A stretch of 64,000 nt of DNA from sequence record NC_048173.1; one strand, 5' to 3'. Shown in pieces: positions 58,681 to 64,000 of this stretch. Position 1 is the stretch's first letter, and each line of letters begins with the position of its first letter. A program made the position numbers and the translations under genes. The notes beneath the pieces were generated by a model that ran no database searches, was not told the origin of the DNA, and saw nothing but the letters and a program-made list of their open reading frames with translations.

Positions 58681-58702
58681 ACGGATATATGTTACCTCTA
58701 TG
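58671..58702 (+). promoter_or_regulatory. Early promoter motif
   Basis: TTTTTTTACGGATATATGTTACCTCTATG. Confidence 0.75.
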
Positions 58703-58728
58703 ACAGTTGATAAAAATTTGGAGGATTC

Positions 58729-59313
58729 ATGTTGGTAAGAGAAGCAGGGTACATTTACTTTAAAGACAAACTCGACTTGCTGGCGTGTGAATTGGATTAC
58801 ATGTCGGCCATTAATTGGAACGTTATCAAAGGCCACCGCCCTAAAGCCATCATGGGGACTCAGTACCAGTACCTGCTGGGTAGACGAAAAGACGGGCGGT
58901 TAGAAATTATACCGATGATTTACAGCGGTAACCGGCACCACTTAAACATTGACCCGCGGGAACACGATGTGGCGAGTCTTTTCAGTTCGTTGCTGTTAGT
59001 GCAGGAAAGTTTAGTTCTTGAGATTTCCCACCCCATCGATACCACCATCATGGGAACGCCGGTCAATCAGCAAGAGTTCACTAACGTACATCACGCGAAG
59101 GTTGACCGCACTAAACCACAAACGTTTATGTTCATTGACGCACGGGCGTGGGTGACCGATTTGATGGAAGTCATCACGGCTCATCAGCAGCATAAACACC
59201 TGCATGTCAATGTGTCGCACGGCTACCTTGACCCGGGCGGTGCGGTGATGCGTAATCTCGACCAAATGGGTTTTGTTGGGCGTCGGTCGTTCACGACCAT
59301 GATTCTAACTTAG
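58729..59313 (+). CDS. Hypothetical early protein (monocistronic)
   Basis: GGAGGA RBS; own promoter and terminator. Confidence 0.8.
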   Translation: MLVREAGYIYFKDKLDLLACELDYMSAINWNVIKGHRPKAIMGTQYQYLLGRRKDGRLEIIPMIYSGNRHHLNIDPREHDVASLFSSLLLVQESLVLEISHPIDTTIMGTPVNQQEFTNVHHAKVDRTKPQTFMFIDARAWVTDLMEVITAHQQHKHLHVNVSHGYLDPGGAVMRNLDQMGFVGRRSFTTMILT

Positions 59314-59337
59314 GGGCTTCGGCCCCTTTTATTTTTT
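59312..59337 (+). terminator. Intrinsic terminator
   Basis: AGGGGC-TTCG-GCCCCT-TTTATTTTTT. Confidence 0.8.
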
Positions 59338-59342
59338 GCCTG

Positions 59343-59379
59343 AAAAAAAGAAAGCCCTACCTCACGAAGAGGTAGGGTT
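59343..59379 (-). terminator. Intrinsic terminator
   Basis: CCCTACCTC/GAGGTAGGG stem with a plus-strand A-tract (U-tract on minus). Confidence 0.8.
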
Positions 59380-59383
59380 GGAA

Positions 59384-60706
59384 TCAAGTATTAACTGATG
59401 CCAAGGCGCGTATCATGAAGTAAAGCAGCAAGGCGTTTCGCAGAGCCGCAAGGTCTGCGTCACGACGCAAGTGCGTGTGTTTCTTGGCTAACTTTTCAAT
59501 CCTGCTACGGAGGGTCAGAATATAGGGATCGGTTGTTTTCGATGCCATGTACAATGCACGCAGCTTATTCAACAGGAACGCCACATCGGTAAAGTTAACG
59601 CGGTTGGTGGTGACATAGTCAAATGCATGCGTGAGGGTGTCAATCATGATTTGCTCTATCTCGGCCCGCTCCTTACCGTAGGGCAGACTGGTGATATAAA
59701 CAATGATGGTCTTCAGAGCGTTTGGGGACGCCTTAGGGACGATTTCTAACACAACCCGGGCTAACTCCTCCTTATACATGTTTGAAAGCGACATAGAGGC
59801 TTCCAGGAGGTTTTGCTTGGCGGTGTTAAATGCGCTGACCTTATCACGCAGAATCGTTTCCCCGTTGACGTCTACCATTGCCGACTGAACCAACATACGT
59901 GAGTTATCGCGACGTACCACATCGAGAATGGCGTAGTAGTCTTTTACGGTCTGTTTGGTACGCGTGTTCAAGTCCGAGATAAAGTAGATAATCTTCGGGG
60001 TGTCCTGAAAACGTTTGATGTTGTCGTAATGCGGGGATTCCTTCGACACGAAATACTCAGCACGTGCACGGATGTGTTTGCCCCATGCACCGACTTGTTT
60101 GATGTCGAACTTCATGGACAAAGCGGCATACGTGGCTTCTGCTGCCGGCAAGTCTACCGGGCGCTTAAAGAAGTGTGAGTAAATGGATGTGTAGAATTTA
60201 AACTGCAGTAATTCGACTAACGACACGATGGCATCATATGCTAATTTGTCTTTGTCGATAATCGACAAATACCGATGCACCAGATACACCACAGTTAAGT
60301 TAAAGACGTCCCCGGTAACATTCCATTCCATCACCATGTCTGAAAGCTTTTTATCATTCAGCAGTTCGGTCAGGTAATCTTCATCAACTTGGATTACCTC
60401 ATCGAAGAAACGGTCACGGTCAGTGTCGTAGAAACGAATGGTGTGCACGCCTAACAGGGCGGAACCAAACCACTCCACGTTCGTATCACGGCTAAAGATG
60501 GTCGACACGTAATGCAGAATGCGTTTGTGCAGACGAACATCAATGGTTATCTTGCTGAACAACTGGTCGTAGATTTTGCGCACGGAAGCCGGCATCGCCG
60601 ATTCGGTGCCGAGTACCCGATTTGATAACTCGTACAAACCTGTCGTAAAGTTGTAGCGTAGCGGCTCATCTTGGTTATCCCAAGAAGGCGGGTCGTAAGT
60701 GCGCAT
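59384..60706 (-). CDS. Conserved virion structural protein (phiKZ gp32-like)
   Basis: 440-aa helical protein near the terminase/sheath block; W...ALLGV..IRF and LSMKFDIK..G.W patterns (recollection). Confidence 0.65.
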   Translation of the reverse strand: MRTYDPPSWDNQDEPLRYNFTTGLYELSNRVLGTESAMPASVRKIYDQLFSKITIDVRLHKRILHYVSTIFSRDTNVEWFGSALLGVHTIRFYDTDRDRFFDEVIQVDEDYLTELLNDKKLSDMVMEWNVTGDVFNLTVVYLVHRYLSIIDKDKLAYDAIVSLVELLQFKFYTSIYSHFFKRPVDLPAAEATYAALSMKFDIKQVGAWGKHIRARAEYFVSKESPHYDNIKRFQDTPKIIYFISDLNTRTKQTVKDYYAILDVVRRDNSRMLVQSAMVDVNGETILRDKVSAFNTAKQNLLEASMSLSNMYKEELARVVLEIVPKASPNALKTIIVYITSLPYGKERAEIEQIMIDTLTHAFDYVTTNRVNFTDVAFLLNKLRALYMASKTTDPYILTLRSRIEKLAKKHTHLRRDADLAALRNALLLYFMIRALASVNT

Positions 60707-60728
60707 AGCTTACCCTTAATTGTGAAAA

Positions 60729-60754
60729 GATTTTCGGATATATGTAATTACGTG
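60729..60754 (+). promoter_or_regulatory. Early promoter motif
   Basis: TTTTCGGATATATGTAATTACGTG. Confidence 0.7.
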
Positions 60755-60776
60755 ACATTCAATTGGAGCTATTAAA

Positions 60777-61952
60777 ATGATTAGAGATTACTTGAAGAAA
60801 ACTGACTGGTCCAACCGCGTTGGAAATATGATTCCTGAAAACGAACCGGTTGAACTCTGGGTCTATCCCCATGGCTGCGTCTGCTCCGTAAAGCGGGTAG
60901 ACGGCATCTCTGTTATTCAGAACGGGCATTACACTGCGGTCAACACGACCTTGGGTAACATGCTCCTCGACGCCGGCATCGAAGGCGAGTTTATTCTGTA
61001 CTCGACTGAAGCCATTCCACAGAACACCTCTCGTTGGTTGACTTGGTGGTTAAGCAACCAGCCGGGCCCTGACGATGAAAAGCTGCCGACCATTCAGGTC
61101 ACCACGTTCGGCATCATTCCGAAGAAAACCTTGCCGTTCCAAGTGACGGTGATTCGTCCACAACTGATGCGGGCCACGGAAGTCACTCCAACAGTGATGA
61201 CCAAGTCCCGTGACCGTCGAGTAAGTATCTTCATTGTGAAACGCAGTAACGGTGAAGCGTACGAACTGGAACCAACTCGTCGTGTGGATGCCACGATTCT
61301 GTCGTATACCGACTATGGCTTCATTGTTCGCTGTGCGGCGAACAACGCCATCTTCCGGGTTCCGCGTATCGCCCGGCGGGTAATGGATGCACTGAACCGT
61401 GCTCGGGTCTCCGCAAAAGACCTGTGCGGTCAGAAGGTCACCGTGCAGTACACCATGAAGACGGAAGGGTTGCGCCTGTCCAGTTATAAGTCACCGCTGC
61501 TGTTGCGGGCACATGGCCTCGACGAAATTGAAGTCGACGAAACCGATGTTCCCACATACGAAAAACAATACCCGTTTAATTACGCCCCGAGCGTGAAATC
61601 GGGTAGCCTGACTCCGACCCGTTGCTCTCGTGCCTCTATCCGTAAAACGGAGAACGGTATCGAAGGTTACGAAGACGGGACCAGTACGATTCTGTTCACC
61701 CTGAAGCCAACGGTTGAGTTTGGGCAGTATGCCACGACTATGTCCAAAGGCGATGGGTTAGAAGTGTGGGCCTTCGAAAGCGACTTCGCTATCGACAGCT
61801 TAAACCCGAAAGCATTCGCGCGTTGTGTGTCGGACGCTATCTTCCAAGAGACCGGCTATTCGCTGGACGCCTTGGGTCTGTACTACTCGACTCCGGAAGG
61901 CACCTGGATTGGTGACCGTTCTCTGGCAAGCGAAGCAGTCGCTGTCGCTTAA
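60777..61952 (+). CDS. Conserved hypothetical protein, possible degenerate ATP-dependent ligase fold
   Basis: Motif spacing resembles NTase plus OB fold, but KxDG is replaced by YPHG. Confidence 0.5.
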   Translation: MIRDYLKKTDWSNRVGNMIPENEPVELWVYPHGCVCSVKRVDGISVIQNGHYTAVNTTLGNMLLDAGIEGEFILYSTEAIPQNTSRWLTWWLSNQPGPDDEKLPTIQVTTFGIIPKKTLPFQVTVIRPQLMRATEVTPTVMTKSRDRRVSIFIVKRSNGEAYELEPTRRVDATILSYTDYGFIVRCAANNAIFRVPRIARRVMDALNRARVSAKDLCGQKVTVQYTMKTEGLRLSSYKSPLLLRAHGLDEIEVDETDVPTYEKQYPFNYAPSVKSGSLTPTRCSRASIRKTENGIEGYEDGTSTILFTLKPTVEFGQYATTMSKGDGLEVWAFESDFAIDSLNPKAFARCVSDAIFQETGYSLDALGLYYSTPEGTWIGDRSLASEAVAVA

Positions 61953-61976
61953 CCCCTATTAGATATCGAGGTTTCT

Positions 61977-62498
61977 ATGACTATCGCCCTGAGTGTTGGC
62001 TCTGAACACTTTAAACTGAAAACGGCTATTAGCTTTAAATTCAATCCTAACTGGATGTTGTTCAATAACCGCGCTAACCGTAAGGCGGTCATTAGCAAGT
62101 TCACTGATGTCATCGAGGGCGGTGATTTCGTCATCGTAGAGCGCACCATGGTTGTCGATGGTGACTGCACCAGTGATTCGTTTATCTTTGAGAAAGCCTT
62201 CTTTAAGAAGCTTCCAGTACAAGACTTCATCTTGTGGGATGAATCTAAGCAGCAACATAAAGTGGATGGGATTTGGCGCAACATCGGTAACGTTAGTTAT
62301 CGCCTGCGCTACATTCTGGTTACCACGCTGCATCGTCAGCGTATTCACACCCAGCCGTTTGCAGGGGCGAGCTATATCGATTCATTAGTCATGGACACCG
62401 TGGTCAAGGAACTTTCTTACACTAAGGCAATGGAGCAGCTTCAGCTTACTGAAGACCAGCGTCATGCATTAGCGAAGAAAGAAGGCTGCAAGAAGTAA
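61977..62498 (+). CDS. Conserved hypothetical protein
   Basis: GAGG RBS; followed by a strong terminator. Confidence 0.75.
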   Translation: MTIALSVGSEHFKLKTAISFKFNPNWMLFNNRANRKAVISKFTDVIEGGDFVIVERTMVVDGDCTSDSFIFEKAFFKKLPVQDFILWDESKQQHKVDGIWRNIGNVSYRLRYILVTTLHRQRIHTQPFAGASYIDSLVMDTVVKELSYTKAMEQLQLTEDQRHALAKKEGCKK

Positions 62499-62504
62499 GT
62501 GGAC

Positions 62505-62534
62505 AGGTACCCTTCGGGGTACCTTTCTTTTTTT
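62505..62534 (+). terminator. Intrinsic terminator
   Basis: AGGTACCC-TTCG-GGGTACCT-TTCTTTTTTT. Confidence 0.88.
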
Positions 62535-62542
62535 GATCTGAC

Positions 62543-62575
62543 AAAAAAGAAAGTCCTCCCCAACAAGGGGAGGAC
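62543..62575 (-). terminator. Intrinsic terminator with no upstream minus-strand CDS
   Basis: GTCCTCCCC/GGGGAGGAC 9-bp stem with plus-strand AAAAAAGAAA. Confidence 0.75.
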
Positions 62576-62683
62576 CGTTCCCGGTAAGCGAGGGAACATT
62601 CTAAAAAGACATATCTCGAAGTTCGCCTGCTGCTACAGGTTCACTCCTATACCGGCTAGAAGCAACGCAATACTTCCAGCATA
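62543..62683 (-). ncRNA. Candidate structured non-coding RNA of about 140 nt
   Basis: TATG motif at 62680-62683 on the minus strand, only an 8-codon ORF after it, internal hairpins, ends in a terminator. Confidence 0.35.
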
Positions 62684-62695
62684 ATAAGCAGAACA

Positions 62696-62960
62696 GTTGT
62701 AAAAAAAGTTCTGGGACTTCACCGTCCCGGTGTCCCGTTTCGCCTGTTTCTTACATTTTTTACAACACATTCTTATCCTTTGGAAGGGGGGATCAAGGGG
62801 GGATGGATAAATTTGTTATTAGTTATAATGGATAATTAGATTGAAATGAATGAGTAATTGATTGTATCAATTAGGAATGAATGGTAATCGTAATTAGACA
62901 GTTAACTAATACCCTACGTGAAGAGTTGGTTAAGTAAGGTATCCTGTAAGGGATACCGTT
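62696..62960. other. Non-coding element with inverted repeats, G6 direct repeats and an AT-rich, C-poor tract (origin/pac-like)
   Basis: 11-bp inverted repeat, AAGGGGGGAT twice, about 23% GC tract, 7-bp inverted repeat. Confidence 0.45.
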
Positions 62961-62967
62961 ATTGCTT

Positions 62968-62995
62968 ATTTTTTCGGATATATGTTACTTCCATG
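62968..62995 (+). promoter_or_regulatory. Early promoter motif
   Basis: TTTTTTCGGATATATGTTACTTCCATG. Confidence 0.78.
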
Positions 62996-63040
62996 AGAAC
63001 TAACCTTCTTAACCTATTAAACAACATGGAGATTTCACTT

Positions 63041-63484
63041 ATGCAATTACACTTAGTAACCAACAACGAACAAACCCAAATCATCGAGTCGTGTTTCACA
63101 GCGGACATCAGTAAACGCGGTGGCCTTTACAAAGAAACCTTACTGGCGGCGGAGCGTAAGCTTGCCCGTCTGTCACTGCAACCTACCTGCCGTCAGATTT
63201 ACCTGTTACAGGAAGTGCTGGACAAAGAAGGGAACTACCGCTATACGCTGTTTGTTCCTACTGAGTCGCGTGTCGAGTTAACCAACATCGATACTGACCG
63301 TACGTACGTTGATGACAACGGAACGGTTTTCTGGTGCAAAGGAGACGAAGACCGTAACCGTCGTTTCTTTGCCCTCATTCGCACCCCGTTCAATCAAGTC
63401 CGTGAGCACGGCTTTGGTGAAGCCATGGGCGAAGGTTTGCATTCTACTCAGTTGCTGGTTCACATCGCAGACAACTGGAATTAA
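63041..63484 (+). CDS. Early protein, paralog A of a tandem family
   Basis: GGAG RBS before ATG 63041; aligns with the next ORF. Confidence 0.78.
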   Translation: MQLHLVTNNEQTQIIESCFTADISKRGGLYKETLLAAERKLARLSLQPTCRQIYLLQEVLDKEGNYRYTLFVPTESRVELTNIDTDRTYVDDNGTVFWCKGDEDRNRRFFALIRTPFNQVREHGFGEAMGEGLHSTQLLVHIADNWN

Positions 63485-63490
63485 TACCCC

Positions 63491-63510
63491 GGGGTAGCAA
63501 TACCCCTTTG
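63491..63510 (+). terminator. Weak terminator/hairpin
   Basis: GGGGTA-GCAA-TACCCC-TTTGT. Confidence 0.5.
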
Positions 63511-63538
63511 TCTATTCTTAAACTTGGAGCATTCAATT

Positions 63539-63991
63539 ATGTTACTTAATCTTGTTACTCCCGCCGGGGAACGTTTTGACTTTATCGCTAACGCGGGGCT
63601 GCACTATCCCATCAAGCCCACGCCCGAGCAGGTTATTGAGCGTGAGAACTCAATTGGGGATAGTCTGCACAGCATCCGTATTCCGGCAGTGACTCAGCTG
63701 TACCTGTTAGAGCAGGTACACCGTCACCACCTCGTTTACCGTTACTGGCTGTTTGTCCCGGAGCCTTGCCCGGTAGAAGGGTATCAAGTTAACCCTGACC
63801 GAACGACTGTCATTAATGGCACAACTGTCAAGTGGGATGCAGACAGCGCCTTTGCCCACAACCGTCTTTTCGTTCTGCGCCGTAACCAAGACGGCTTCAC
63901 TTACGAATCTGGGTTTGTCGAAGCAGCTGGAAAGAAAGTAGCTGTACCCGCAATGATGGAACTCATTAACCGCCATTGGCCACAACGTTAA
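63539..63991 (+). CDS. Early protein, paralog B of a tandem family
   Basis: GGAG RBS before ATG 63539; shares Q.YLL..V, YRY.LFVP, DRT.V and E.GF.EA.G with the previous ORF. Confidence 0.78.
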   Translation: MLLNLVTPAGERFDFIANAGLHYPIKPTPEQVIERENSIGDSLHSIRIPAVTQLYLLEQVHRHHLVYRYWLFVPEPCPVEGYQVNPDRTTVINGTTVKWDADSAFAHNRLFVLRRNQDGFTYESGFVEAAGKKVAVPAMMELINRHWPQR

Positions 63992-64000
63992 GGAATCGAC

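Noticed and set aside
61959-62348. 129-aa minus-strand ORF
   Set aside because: The plus-strand ORF 61977-62498 has an RBS, operon context and a terminator, so the minus ORF is its shadow.
62918-63040. N-terminal extension of the ORF-track gene 62918-63484
   Set aside because: It overlaps the early promoter; the RBS and paralog alignment place the start at 63041.
63483-63506. Terminator/antiterminator switch from duplicated AATACCCC around GGGGTA
   Set aside because: The upstream copy abuts its partner, so the alternative stem would be only about 4 bp, too weak to support a switch.
1-64000. CRISPR array, tRNA/rRNA genes, transposase or integrase
   Set aside because: No regularly spaced repeats, cloverleaf motifs or mobile-element genes seen by eye; tRNAscan-SE and CRISPR finders were not run.
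1-64000. Stop-codon reassignment (alternative genetic code)
   Set aside because: Core genes are uninterrupted in the standard code, and TAA, TGA and TAG all end genes at expected junctions.

Overview
This window is 64 kb of a lytic phiKZ-like jumbo phage genome (Chimalliviridae type), with gene order matching my recollection of SPN3US and the Erwinia jumbo phages. It is densely coding in the standard genetic code, and I found no tRNA, rRNA, CRISPR array, intron or mobile element. Core genes are the SbcC ATPase C-terminus, a DEDD exonuclease, RNase H, UvsX/RecA, four split virion RNA polymerase pieces (betaN, betaC, beta'N carrying DYDGD, probable beta'C), a 2479-aa tape-measure protein with a lytic transglycosylase domain, the prohead protease, tail tube, tail sheath and the large terminase. 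Accessory genes sit behind a recurring ATATAT(G/A)TTA-type early promoter and end at strong hairpin terminators. The most interesting observations are: (1) a dispersed ADP-ribosylation set made of a DarG-like macrodomain, a NADAR-like protein and a candidate ART-fold protein abutting the prohead protease; (2) a CYTH enzyme with a putative head-protease propeptide; (3) a ligase-like protein lacking the catalytic lysine; (4) a candidate Rz/Rz1-type spanin pair; and (5) a non-coding locus of about 500 bp (62500-63000) with a candidate minus-strand structured RNA and origin-like architecture. All family assignments come from motif recognition by eye and no database search was run. Several start codons were moved from the ORF track to the ATG/GTG that has a ribosome-binding site.
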